Shown piece by piece: positions 1 to 12,899 of a stretch of DNA of 64,000 nucleotides. The notes beneath the pieces are model-generated. The model saw only the letters and a program-made list of their open reading frames with translations, was not told the DNA's origin and searched no databases. Both the position numbers and the translations under genes were made by a program. The number at the start of each line of letters is the position of its first letter. Position 1 is the stretch's first letter. This stretch comes from Basidiobolus meristosporus CBS 931.73 (Eukaryota > Fungi > Basidiobolomycota), in the NCBI GenBank assembly GCA_002104905.1, contig MCFE01000219.1, forward strand, positions 1 through 64,000. Reading direction: 5' to 3'.

Positions 1-713
1 AGAACCAGGGAGATTTTGAATGAATACAGCCACAAATTACTAGTGTAATGCATAATACATTAGTAGATACAGGTGGCTTCTATGAGCAATTAACACAGGA
101 CTAATCATTACAACAGTTTCTTAAGTATCAGACAGAAGGTTAAGGAATACCTTTAAGATTCAGGGGGTGAGCTTCAAGAGGAAGATTTCAGATTTCAGGT
201 AACTGTGTCAAGATTGCATCAGCACAACTTACTGGATTCAATCCTAAGCATTTGAATGCCAGCATGCTGGCACATATCAGTTCAACCTATGCCCACATCC
301 TTGTCCAGGGTATTACACATCAATATGCCATTAATTAACCTAACATAAGCGGTTCAGAGCTTGCCAAGTTTCTTATTTAGACACAAGCCTACTGAAGCAG
401 GCCAAGTTGTCCGTGCACACTGCATTACATCAGACTCAGCCAAGGGCCATGTCATCATGTCATGCTGCACCTGCATCTGCTATTAAACCTGGCTGTCAGT
501 GAGTTACATCTGCAGGACTGACCAATTATGACTCACTGCAAGTTTCTCCCCTGCAGGAACCGTTGGAAAGTAAAAGAATGTATCAGCATGTGACACTTCA
601 GGTGGTTCTGTATCAACAACTGGAGCAATTTAGTGCACTTCAGCTTCAGCACTGCACTCATCAACTATACAGCTAAACACAGACTAGAAGTACACAATTA
701 GTCAAGATGATAG

Positions 714-1081
714 TGTTATGATCTACTGCTTGAATGTTTAAGTTAGTTCAGTTCTTAGTCAAGTCAATTAGTTATATGTTTAGCCCATCAGTATATCAGT
801 ATTATCTATCAAATGAGTAGTATTAGTTAGCAGATGAATCAGCTGATCCTGATCAGACAGGAATAGATATACTAAGTAGGATCTTATTGGGTGATGATGA
901 TGCAATCAAATGAGTCATCAGCCACAACCTACATTAGGAGATACAATTAGTCAGCAACTGATCTGGCAAAAATGTATACAAGGAGCTGCTGGAAACTCAA
1001 TAAAATCAGTTAAAGTTTTAGTGAATACAATACTAGCTAAACTCCCTATTCCTCTACAACTCTTATACCAAGACTTGTACA
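714..1081 (+). repeat. Gypsy 5' LTR
   Basis: Starts TGTTATGATC and ends TGTACA. Homologous to 10000-10367 and 20670-21037. Contains a TATA-like element and AATAAA, and is followed by the PBS. Confidence 0.95.
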
Positions 1082-1145
1082 TTGGTAGCAGCAATAACCA
1101 GAAACCTCCCTCAAGAGGTCTAAAAATCAAGAATGGAATACTGCT

Positions 1146-2386
1146 ATGCAGCAAATCCTGGCCCAACAGCAACAGTTACTCCAGATCCTTAGCCAACAGC
1201 AACAAGGAATGACCACCATGGCCCAAAGCCAGCAAAACCCTGTCAAGAGCACCTTTAGTATGAAGGTCAGCTGGTTCCATAGTAGAGTCAATAAAAACCT
1301 GGGAACTTGGCTCTTCCTGATTGAAGAAGCTTTCATGACTAGGGGAATTGCCCCAGATAGCAAGTTACATTATGCAGCCTCTTACCTGGCAGATACAGCT
1401 TTACAGTGGTACCATAACAAGATCAGGTCAGCCACCATGATGGGATGCTCTGCAATCTCTACCTGGGATGAGTTTGTGTTGGAAATTCAGGATGTTTATG
1501 AACTTCCACACCAGCAGACACTACTAAGAGGAAAGTTGAAGACACTCAGATAGGAATGAATGGTTCATGAGTACATCTATGAGTATAGATGTCTACTTGG
1601 ACAAATTGAAAGAATGGACCCACTGGACCAAGTGGAATACTTTTTGGTGGGCTGAAAGAAAGAATCTGCAAGGAAGTGAATTATCAAAGACACCATACTA
1701 TTGCAGAAACCATGACAATTGCCGTTGACTATGACTCAGCTATGTTTGGAGTTGGGATGCCCACAATGACTAATCAGAGAGGCTACAATCATTATGAAAG
1801 AAGGCTATCAGAAGCAGTGCCAATGGAAATAGATGCTATGCAGAAGAATCCTACCTTGGAAGAATGCAAGAAGAAAGGACTTTGCTTCAATTGCCACCAG
1901 CAGGGACACATTGCAAAGTACTGCCCTCAGAGAAGTAATGGACACCAGCCACAAAGAACCTTCAATCTTGCTGAAGCCCTTGAGCATAGTAATATAGGGG
2001 ATGAACTTGAAGCAGACACAGAATTCACCTTCCATATGACAGAAGAATACCAATCCCAGATGACCTCATATTCCAGAAAACTGTTATATTGGAATGGAGT
2101 AATCAATGGAGTACCTGCCAAGATCATAATTGACTCAGGAGCATTGCATGAGTACATGTCAGAGCATTTTGCTTTGACAGCTGGAATCAACCTGGAACTC
2201 ACCAAATCAACTTCAGACACAGCAGCTGATGGGAACTCACATATAATCAACCGTATTTATCAGCCAGTAAGGATGAAGATCAATGACTATGAAGAAGAAC
2301 TACAGGCCTATATGTTTGGGAACTGCAAGTTTGACCTTGTACTTGGAAAAATCTGGCTATTTTGTTGTAATCCATCAATCAACTAG
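1146..2386 (+). pseudogene. Gypsy gag and aspartic protease (broken by a stop and a frameshift)
   Basis: Retrotransposon-gag-like WLFLIEEAF...ALQWY...TWDEF, zinc knuckle CFNCHQQGHIAKYC, protease IIDSGA. Confidence 0.9.
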
Positions 2387-2602
2387 AGAACCCATGCTAC
2401 TCAGATCCAGAAGGACAACAAGACCTATGAGCTATTACCTGCCAGACTGGATTTCAACTTGGTCAAATCTAAACTGTGTGAAACAAGTGAACTTAGCAAG
2501 AAACAGTTCTGTAGAGCACATAGAAAAGGCACCCAGATTTTCCTCATGGCAGTAACTTAGAAGGATTCCACTACTCCAGTACCCCAAAAGGGCTAGACTC
2601 TT

Positions 2603-4924
2603 TTGAAGGAATATTCAGATGCATTTCCTAATGAACATGTAAGCCTACCACCAGTCAGAGACATGGATCATGCTGTTGACACAGGAGATAGCCATCTGTT
2701 GAGTAAGACACCTTACAGAATATGTCCATTGGGATTGGAAGAGATGAAGGGACAAATAGATCAGTTATCTGAGCAAGGATATATCAGACCCAGCAAGTCA
2801 CCTTGGGGAGCACCAGTACTTTTTGCAAAGAAGAAGGATGGAGCACTTAGGATGTGCATTGACTACAGGGCCCTCAACTCAGTTACTGAGAAGAATAAGT
2901 ACCCCATACCTTGGATTGATGAGCATTTGGACCAACTAAATGGAGTCATCATATTCAGCAAGATTGACCTCATGTCAGAATACAACCAGATTGAGGTGAA
3001 GGCAGAAGATATCCCAAAGACAGCATACAGGACCAGATATGGTATTTCAAGTACTTAGTCACAAGTTTTGGCCTCACCAATGCCCCTGCAAAAATCATGA
3101 CCCTGATGCAGACTGTCTTCCAGGAGTACTTAGACAAGTTTGTGATAATCTACCTGGATGACATATTAGTATACAGCAAGACGGAAGAGGATCTTGTGGT
3201 GCACATTGAAAAGGTCTTGAAGAAGCTAAGAGGGAACAAACTAATTGACAAGCTAGCCAAGTGTGAATTCTTTAAGGAATACATCAAATATCTGGGACAA
3301 ATAGTGACTAGCACAGGAGTGACTTTAGACCCTAAGAAGGTTGAGGTTATCAAGAATCTGAAGCAGCCCCATAGCATATCAGAACTCAGATCATTCCTTG
3401 GAATGGTTTCCTATTATTGGAGATTTGTCAAGTCTTTTGCAAGTATTGCAGCCCCTTTAACTGATATTCTCAAGGAAGACAATACCTACAAGTGGGACAT
3501 AGCTTGTGAGACTGCCTTCCAGATGCTCAAGAATGAACTTGCTAAGCTGCCAAGCTTTAGAATACCTGACTTCAGAAGAGTTTACTCTGTGCACAGATGC
3601 TTCAAATTATGCAATTGGTGGAGTGTTGAGCCAAGAACATGAGGGAAAGAACTACCCAGTTGCCTTTGAATCCAAGAAGCTGAATCCAGTGTATGAGAAG
3701 GAGATGCTTACTATAGTACACTGCTTGAAGACATGAAGATCCTATATTGAAGGAGTTATATGAACTGTGAAGACTGATCATGCCTCCCTCAAGTAAATAT
3801 TTACTCAGAAGGTACTCTCTAGAAGAATAATAGGATGGAGTGAATACATTTGGCAATTTGATTTGGACATTATCTACTGCCCTGTGAAAAACAACACAGT
3901 GCTGATGCCTTGTCAAGATTAGAATAAGTTGCACAACTTAACTTTGTGCATGAATCAGACTGGCCTAGCCTATTACCTAAAGTACTTGGAGGACCAAGCC
4001 ATTCCTAATTAGGTGGATGAAGAGATCAAGAAGATAATCTGGAATGAAGCCAGCAAATTTGTGGTACTGGATGAAACACTCTACCAAATTGCTGATGGGA
4101 GCCCTATTGCCTATTGCCCTCATGTTGCTCATCTGGATTTAATACATACACTACACAATGGATATGGTCATCTTGGAATTGAGGGAACCTATAGCCTTGT
4201 GAAAGCCAGAGCATGGTGGCCTAGAATTAAACAAGACATGGAGAAGCTAGTGAAACCATGTCCAAATTGCCAAATCAACCAAGGCCAACCACAGAGAATT
4301 GCTGAACTCTTTCCCTTGGAGCCAGTAAGACCATTTGGAAGATGGGGAATTAACTTTATTGGTAGACTACCTACTACCGTGAAATGCAACTGTTGGATCC
4401 CGGTAGCAATTGACCATGCCACTAAGTGGCCAGTGGCTAAAGCAGTACCTATAGCCAGGGAACAAGAAGTTGCAAGTTTCATCTACCATGAGATCCTTAT
4501 GAAGTTTGGATGCCCTGTAGAAATTCTATCTGATAGAGGAGCAGACTCTATGGCAAGGACATTGGAAGCTTACCTGGAAATGCAGCACATCAGACACCTG
4601 AAAACCATGGCATATCACCCTAGATCTAATGCAGCCACTGAGCAGTTTAATGTATCACTTGGAAAAATGCTGACCAAGTATGCCAATGGAGCTGTCAGCA
4701 GATGGGATGTGTATATGGACAAAGCACTAGACACCAGCAGCTGGCACAAAGATATCAAGAGGCACAGGCCAAAGTATCTCAAAATCTAGAAAAGATGAAG
4801 CAGAGATTTGATAAGACTATATCACCAGAATCATTGACAGTTGGGAGATTTGTATTGCTGAGAGACAATACTTGGTAGAAGCTAGAGCCACAATGAATGG
4901 GACCTTTTAAGATGATAAGAGAAT
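2603..4924 (+). pseudogene. Gypsy RT, RNase H and integrase (frameshifted; the integrase tail continues at 9829-9950)
   Basis: RT motifs [27 protein letters not shown] and YLDDILVYS. RNase H TDASNYAIGGVL. Integrase H...H...C..C and rve core. GPF...YQL...VHRDRL tail rejoins across the Copia insertion. No chromodomain before the PPT. Confidence 0.92.
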
Positions 4925-5286
4925 TGTTGCAATTTAAGAAGCAATTTGGATATAAGGAACTTATCAAGAAATAGTGATAATAGTTGAACTGTTGTTTATT
5001 CATAAAGAAGCTAAGTATTTATACCTTTGTAGAAGTAATACAGCTGCAACACTAAGTAGGGAGGTTTCTCAATATTCCGGAGCATTCTGTAACAGTTTCA
5101 GGGTTAGTATATAATGTTTGGTAATAGTGCTAATTTGATCCTGAGTATAGGGGAATAATCATAAGGTCATATATCTGGAGAAAGTGACAAAGTTACGGCA
5201 GTAAATGAGTCCTACAGTGACTAAGACTAGCCTAGAATTGTTAAGTAAATTTTTAGCTGCTGAATGATACCAAATAGTCCAATATT

Positions 5287-8200
5287 TCAACACTCCCCCT
5301 CAACTAAATAATTTCTTAATCCCAATTTCTCTCTAAGGATCTCAAACTGTGGCCTAGCTAGTGGCTTTGTCAATATGTCTGCCACCATTTTGTCAGTTGG
5401 GCAGTAAACCAGCTCCACTAAGTTATTTTCTACAGCTTCCCTCATAAAGTGATGCTGTATATCAATGTGCTTAGTTCTGGCATGATTAGTAGGATTTCTG
5501 GCTAATGAAATACAACTTTGATTATCCTTGTAAATACATGTTGGTTCACCTGAATTTAAACCTACGCCTTTGAATAATTTTTGTAGCCATATAGCATCCT
5601 TAATTGCTTGAAATGCAGCCATATATTTGGCTTCAGTTGTAGATAGTGCCACAGTTGGTTGTTTCTTGCAATTCCAAGTAATAGCTGCACCAGCATAAAG
5701 AAATACATAGCCTGTGGTAGAGCATCTGTCAATCAGATCCCTACCCCAATCTGAATCACTATAACCATCAAATTTTTGCCTATTAGCTGCTCCAGAGTAT
5801 TCCAGTACCATATTTATGGTACCTTGTAGATATCTGAAAATCCGCTTAACTTCTGCGATTTGATCTGATCCATAATTCTGCATGAATTGACTGACTATTC
5901 CAACTGCTACTGCAATATCTGGACGTGTAGACACCATCAAGTACATTAGGCTACCAACCATTGATTGATAGGGAAAGTTTTGGTCCATATTTGAGCCGTT
6001 TTCATCTACAACTGGCTGAGATTTGCTTAATTTCAGGTTATTGTCCATAGGGGTTGCTGCAGGTTTGCAATTTTCAATTTTGAAGCGTTTAAGAATGTCC
6101 CTGATGTACTTAGACTGATTCAGCACAATTTTCTGCGTAGGTATGTCAAATTTGACCTCAATTCCAAGAAAATAGCTCAATTTTCCAAGATCTTTCATCT
6201 CAAACTTGCTGAAGAGATCTGATTTTGTCTGTTTAAGTGCCTCTTGATCACTTGTAGCTATAATTGGGTCATCCACATAAAGAACTAGGATGATCACACC
6301 CTTTTTGAGCAGTTTCACATGTATACTGTGATCTGCAGTGCTACAAGAGAGCCCAGTTTCCTCTAGATATGTGTCAATCTTGTTATACCATGCTGTGGGT
6401 GCCTACTTAAGCCCATACAACAATTTTCTAAGTTTGCACACCTTATGGGGGCCTTTTGGATCGGTAAAACCTTCTGGTTGCTCCATATATATAGTTTCTT
6501 GCAAATCCCCATTTAGAAAGGCTGTTGTGACATCCATTTGGTGTAGATCTAGACTGTTTACAGCTGCCAGGGCTAGAACTGTCCTAATAGAGTTAAACTT
6601 GGCAACCAGAGCAAATGTTTCCTTAAAGTCTAGTCCCTGGATCTGGGAATAGCCTTTAGCTACCAATCTAGCCTTGTACTTATCAACGGCACTATTTGAG
6701 GTTATCTTGATCTTGTAGACCCATCTACATCCTATTGGCTTTCTCCCATTTGGTAAATCTACCAGTTCCCACGTTTTTGCCTTGATCAGTGATTGGTACT
6801 CCTCCTGCATGGCTTGTTGCCACTTAGTAGCATCTGGACCTTGCATTGCCTGTTCCAGATTCTGAGGTACGGCACATAAGGCAAGATAAGCTTCTTCATG
6901 ATCATTGGATGTCTGCCACCAGGATCCAGGGGCATTTCTTATTCTGGTAGATCTCCTAACTGGGATAATCTGTTCTGATTTGGAAGTGGTAGAAGTATCT
7001 TCCACCTCTGGCTAGATTTGGTACGTATCTTCTTCATTTGTGTTGATTGCATCATCAGGCAGCTGGCCAATGATTTCCGTGGCTTTCTGATCTGAATTCT
7101 CCTCAAATACAACGTCCCTGCTCTTGATCAGCTTCTGAATCTTGCCATCATACACTCTATACCCTTTAGTATTTTCACAATACCCAAGAAAGATCCCTTT
7201 TCTATTCTTTGGTTCCAACTTTGAGCGTTTTTTGTCAGGGATGTGATAAAAAACATCACTGCCAAAGATCCTGAGGTGCTGGAGATCTGGTTTTTTGCCT
7301 GTATATGCTTCAATGGGTGTAGAATCACGTAGTGCTGTTGTTGGGCATCTCTTCTTGATGTATACAGCTGTAGCAGCAGATTCAGCCCAAAACCTGTAGT
7401 CCATTCCCTTATCATGTAGCATAGATCTTCCCATCTCTACTATTGTTCTATTTGCACGGTCTGCTACTCCATTTTGCTGTGGAGTATGAGGAACTGTGAT
7501 CTGTTGAAGTATACCAGTAGACAAGCAGTATTTTGCAAACTCCTTTGAGCAGTATTCTCCTCCATTGTCACTTTGTAGTACCTTCAATTTACACCCAGTT
7601 TGTGTTTCTGCCATGCTCTTGAAGTGCTTAAACATCTCTAAAGCTTCATCCTCTGTTTTGAGGAAGTACACCCATGTATATCTTGTCTTGTCATCAATAA
7701 ATGTCATAAAGTATCTCTTGGCTCCAAAGGACAGTGTTCTCATGGGGCCACATATGTCAGAGTGTACAATAGCCAATATTTTGGTGGTATTGATGCCTTC
7801 TGAGCTCTTGAAATGTTGCCTGGCTTGTTTGCCATAAGAACATCCCTTACAAACATTCAATTTGATTGGAATTGAGTATTTTAGGCCCAAAACAAGCTGA
7901 TTTTTCACCAATTGGCTTATTTTCTGTTCCCCTATGTGTCCTAGCCTCCTATGTCACGTCTCCCAGTTGGTTTAATCAGTTTCAGCAATGCTGACATACT
8001 CAGGTACAATGATCTTGCATTGTAACTTGTATATATTTTGATCTCTGATTCCCAAAGCTAATTTTTGTCCATTTGCACTAAATATTGAGCAGCTCAGCTT
8101 AGTAAAAACGAATTTCAGTCCCTGAGTAGTTGCTTCACTGACTGAGAGTAGGTTCTTAGCTATTCCAGGTATATAGAGTACGTCAGTCAGTTTTGCTGTT

Positions 8201-9204
8201 GTTGCCCCTGAGTTATCACTCATATTTAGTTGTATAGACCCACTGGCGGTAGCTTCCAATGCAGAGTTATCTCCCAGATAAATCTTTCTCACGGGAATAG
8301 TCTTTAAGTTGCTGAACCAATCCTTTATACCACAAATATGCTGTGATGCTCCAGAGTCAATATACCATTCATTACTTTGGTTACTTGCACTCTCTTGTAC
8401 AGTGACAAATAACTGTCCATCAGTAGTTATATGGTTTGCCTGCTCTAGTTTCTGTTTTTTGTCTGCTTGTTTCTTCTTGCATTCTCTTGCCCAGTGTCCT
8501 GGCTTCTTACAGTAGTTACAGCAGCCAGGTTTTCTTTGGTTTTGTTACTTTCCCTTCTTTTCTGTATGCCTTTCTGAGCTGAATAAAGCATTATCTTCAA
8601 TTTTCTCTGCTTGATCATTACATCTGAGTTCTTCATGGAGAAGTCTTCCTTTGACATAGTCTAAAGTCAAGTTGTCTTCTCTGCTTTCAAAAGAAAGTAT
8701 GAGTGGCTCATACTTGTCTGGTAGGCTGCAAAGCAGACAGAGTATCTTTTCTTCATCATCTACACCAGCATTAATACTGTAAAGTTCTTCTGCAAGTGTC
8801 TCCATTCTGGTAATGAGTTGTAGCATGTCATCATCTGGCTTTTTTCTCATGTTGAAGAACTTTCATTTCAAATAAAGCTTGCTTGATACTGACTTTGCTC
8901 TAAAGATCTTCTCTAAGGATTCCCATGCTGCTTTGGCAGTATTTGAGGCATGGATTTGTCCAATGAAGGAGTCTTGCACATTGATGCATATTGCATTGAA
9001 GGCCTTTCTCTCCTTCTCTTGAAACTTCTCCACATCTTCTGCTGTTCCTTTGGGCTCAACTTCCTTTCCTGTTACTATGTTCCAAAGCTTTCTTTCCTCA
9101 AGGTGGATCTGCATCTTGATTCTCCAAAGTCTGTAGTTCTTCCCATCAAACCTCTCCTTTACAGGGAAGATGTTGGTATTGCTTTGTTTGCTGGTAGAAG
9201 TCAT
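5287..9204 (-). pseudogene. Copia family 1 gag-pol polyprotein with several premature stops
   Basis: FDGKNYRLWRIKM, zinc knuckle CNYCKKPGHWAREC, WYIDSGAS, HSDICGP...FIDDKTRYTWVY, SDNGGEY, MDVTTAFLNG, LYVDD, YSDSDWG, ADILTKPL. Confidence 0.95.
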
Positions 9205-9432
9205 CTTTAGAATAGATTAAGGCAATTGGGGCTCATAACCTGTTGCAATTTAAGAAGTGATTTGGATATAAGGAACTTATCAAGAAATAGTGAAAATAGT
9301 TGAACCATTGTTTATTAATAAAGAAGCTCAGTATTTATACCTTTGTAGAAGTAATACAGCTGCAACACTAAGTAGGGAGGGTTTCTCAATATTCAGGAGC
9401 ATTCTGTAACAGTTTCAGGGTTAGTACATAAT

Positions 9433-9643
9433 AGACTTGTTCCATTGTGCCATTGATCATAGTGCCAGAGAGTGCTGTATATTTTGTTATTAATTTGATA
9501 TTTTAGGGTCATATGCATGTCAATTTTGATCCCAAATTGGCACTGTATGGCACCATCTGGCACTCTGTGGCATGATCAGGCACCATCTGGCATGCTATGG
9601 CACTATTGGGCACTATGATCAGCCGGAATGATGGAACAAGTCT
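9433..9643. mobile_element. 211-bp MITE inserted in the Copia 5' LTR
   Basis: Absent from the sister LTR. Perfect 13-bp TIR AGACTTGTTCCAT/ATGGAACAAGTCT, 3-bp TSD AAT (9430-9432, 9644-9646), subterminal inverted repeat GATCATAGTGCC/GGCACTATGATC, internal ~10-bp TGGCAC repeats. Confidence 0.9.
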
Positions 9644-9999
9644 AATGTTTGGTAATAGTGCTAATTTGATCCTGACTATAGGGGAATAATCATAAGGTCA
9701 TATATCTGGAGAAAGTGGCAAAGTTAAGGCAGTAAATGAGTCCTACAGTGACTAAGACTAGCCTAGAATTGTTAAGTAAATTTGTAGCTGCTGAATGATA
9801 CCAAATAGTCCAATATTTCAACAAGAATGTCCATTTGCAACTTACCAACTAGTGGATAAACAAGGGAATATCTGGGAAGATTTAGTTCATAGAGACAGAC
9901 TCCAGCTTGCAAGACTTGTCAACAATACTGAACCATCAAGATATTGAGGTCACAAGAAAAGAGATTCAGGAGAACCCTCTCATCTTTAGTGGGGGAGAA

Positions 10000-10367
10000 T
10001 GTTATGATCCACCACTTAAATGTTTAAGTTAGATCAGTTTTTAGTCAAATCAATTAGGTAATTGTTTAGCTAATCTGTATATCAATATTATATATCAAAT
10101 CAGTAGCATTAGTCAGCAGATGAATCAGCTGATCCTTATCAGACAGGAATAGATATATTAGGTAGGATCTTATTGGGTGATGATGATGCAATCAAATGAG
10201 TCATCAGCCACAACTTACATTAGGAAATACAATTAGTCAGCAATTGATCTGGCAAAATGTATATAAGGAGCTGCCAGAACCTCAATAAAATCAGTTCAAG
10301 TTTTAGTGAATACAATGATAGTTAAACTTCCTATCCCTCTACAACTGTTATACCTGGACTTGTAACA
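10000..10367 (+). repeat. Gypsy 3' LTR
   Basis: Preceded by the PPT, TG...CA ends, followed by TSD ATAG. Roughly 10% diverged from the 5' LTR by eye. Confidence 0.95.
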
Positions 10368-10516
10368 ATAGTCAACAAGGAGGTAGTTTAGGTGTGCAAT
10401 ATTAATCACTACCATATGCTTTGGTAGTAATCCCTGTGAGAGAGAAACTAGGAGAGAATGATGCAAATCTTTTGTAATGCTTATCAAATCAAGGCACTCC
10501 AATGATCACTAGACTT

Positions 10517-12350
10517 TGCTATGAAAAATAACTGTGATAATCCTGTCACAAGGCCATCACAAAACTTACATCCAACAGCTAAGGAGTATTGCTACTAGTA
10601 TGATACCTTGCAAACACTATTCAGAAAAAACCGTACCCTTTATTTTACAAGAATTTAAGTTGAAATCTTATCACAACAATATATAAGTGGCATTTGATGG
10701 CTCTCTCTCAGTTCTCTCTCTTTCTGACCCCAGAAATGCATTTGCATCCAATTGCAGTGTACATTGATTGGCTATTGTCTATTTTCTATACTCCTTACAT
10801 CCTGACTCAAATAATGCTCTTACTTTTGTTGCATACAAAATGATTTATTTCCTTTTGATCTTGATTTGCGGCTCAAGTTTAGATTGTACTGACCTAAATA
10901 GCTCCCTATACCCAACACTGATATCAAGCCCAACCTCACACACAACAAGTAACCCCATTAAACTCCTCCATTCAATAGGTATTTCTGCTAAAGTGCCCTT
11001 TTTCCATAAATTTGGCAGTTGCCCTAGAGCTTTGTGCCATTGCTTGTTCACTGATTCCCATATGTACTGGTCTTCAGCTGGCACTGCAAGGTCAAGCACC
11101 TCATCTGCTAGTCATTGCAACAAAACCCCAGAGTATTAATTTGGATTCTCTTGCATGCTGCTCTTAGAGAACTGGTGCAACCTTGTGCTGAGCCAATTGT
11201 TACCCCAAAATCCCACACTAGGCATTGCAATAGACTTTGTATTCTTGACATTGTTGCTGAGTCTATCAGTGGACAAACTGCCTTTATCTGCAAGCTCTTC
11301 TACCCCACTGGAGCTTAGTTCAACTGACTACACTTTCAACTCTTGGGAAAACAACCTTTGTCTAGTTGATAACTCTCCTTGTCTATGATGGGATTCAGTC
11401 TTTTTTGGGCTTAAGGTGTAACCCAGCATGAGCTGAAGCTTTTTTCTTATGCTTCCCAGTCTCTAGCTTGGATAGACATCTTTCCCTTGAACTTTCCACC
11501 TTCACTGACAGGTCTTTTACTGCTACTTTTACTGAGTGCATCTTGTATTAGGCAGCATTTTTCCTTGATAATTGCTGCTCTGATGCATCTGTTTTGGCCT
11601 GCTTGTCCCTTGCTGGCACTCTGCAAGCAACCTGCCACTTCTTTCCTGCTTGTTTTGAGCTCTCAGCCCAAGCTGTGATAGGCTCCTGAGGGAGCTGCTC
11701 ATTTGTATCAATGCCAGATCCTTCACTGCTACTTTGACCAAGTGCCTCTAGAATAGAACTACCCATTTTCCTTGGTAACTGTTGTGCTGGTGCATATTTG
11801 TCTACCTGTCTTTTCCTTATTGGCACTCTTCCAGCTACCTAATGCCTCTTTGATGCTTGTTTGGAGCTTTTGGCCTTGCTTGTGATGGGCTCTTGAGGAA
11901 GCTACTGGTTTTTAGTGATTGCACCCATGTTCTTCTGCCTCTGATAGTTTCCAATATTCTTAAGATACTTTCTTATCATGCCAATGCTGGCCCAAATGCT
12001 ATTTGCATGTTTGAATCCAGGATAATGCTCATGGAACAAGTCAAGCGCATTCTGCTTGGCCTTGAGTTGCTGATGGTCCCATGGTATGCCAGCCTTAAGG
12101 TGCTAGCATGCTAGACATATGACAACCTCTTGAATATTAGCCCACTCTTCATCATTGGACTCAACAGCTTCACTGCTCTTCAGTGTCTTTTTACTTTTAG
12201 GCTTTGGTATAAGCACTACATTTTCTCTTGAATTTAATACTTGTCTTGTTATATATCTTCTTACATACATCTGCTGGCATCTTGATATAGTACTCATGCC
12301 ACAGCTTTCTACTCAGACTCTTCCATCTCTGAAAACTCTCTGAGGTATCT
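10517..12350 (-). mobile_element. CACTA/EnSpm-family end (type B terminus) plus a decayed copy of the element's second gene ('gene A')
   Basis: Degenerate TIR (T)GCTATGAAAAATAAC with a subterminal sequence matching the reverse end at 31740-31790. ORF fragments LDLAVPAEDQYIWESVNKQWHKA and NDEEWANI are homologous to 17100-18430 and 30759-31489. Confidence 0.7.
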
Positions 12351-12899
12351 AGTTCTGCTAAATTAATGAGTGGTTCTTAAATATTTGTATAAAGGCTCAT
12401 CATAGATACTTGGTGTGTACTAACATCACTTGGCAAGAGCTCAAATGGATTCAATATCAACTTCTCTGGTCCAGACCACACTTGTGAGCTGGAGGATGGG
12501 TTTTGTCTGGGCTGTGCTACAGATGAGTCAAGACTTAGTATAGGGGCAATAGTGAGAGATATCGATACTTATACTGTAGCATATTGGCATCAGCCTGATC
12601 ATGTATGAGATATATATGAAAACTGATGGGATTGTTGAATTCTCTATACATTATGCCTGATTCATCTTGAATTGCACTGACTCAGATCAGATCACATCAA
12701 TTGCAGATTTCCTGTTTGATTATAGACTTGTGAGTAAGCATCAATAAAAATACCAAGTCATTGTTTGCAGATGATTTCTGCAACATAATGATGGGATACA
12801 TGGCAATTGAAGTAGATGTAATTATAATGCACAGAAAATCAGATAAATAAAGCTTATTACTCCATATCAATTCAAATCACCTCAGCTCAATCATTTACC

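Larger units (their letters stand above)
4925..9823 (-). mobile_element. Ty1/Copia LTR retrotransposon, family 1, nested in the Gypsy integrase
   Basis: LTRs at 4925-5292 and 9241-9823 (TGTTG...CAACA). 5-bp TSD AGAAT at 4920-4924 and 9824-9828. PBS GGTTATGAGCCCC (minus strand, 9228-9240). PPT AGGGGGAG next to 5292. Domain order is gag-PR-IN-RT-RH. Confidence 0.96.
714..10367 (+). mobile_element. Ty3/Gypsy LTR retrotransposon, full length but decayed, interrupted by a Copia insertion at 4925-9823
   Basis: Two ~368-bp TG...CA LTRs (714-1081, 10000-10367). 4-bp TSD ATAG at 710-713 and 10368-10371. PBS TGGTAGCAG at 1083-1091 and PPT AGTGGGGGAGAA at 9988-9999. Domain order is gag-PR-RT-RH-IN. Confidence 0.95.

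Noticed and set aside
1-709. CpG-poor sequence flanking the Gypsy insertion (continues at 10372-10516)
   Set aside because: Probably an older repeat, but I found no interpretable ORF, terminus or second copy in the window.
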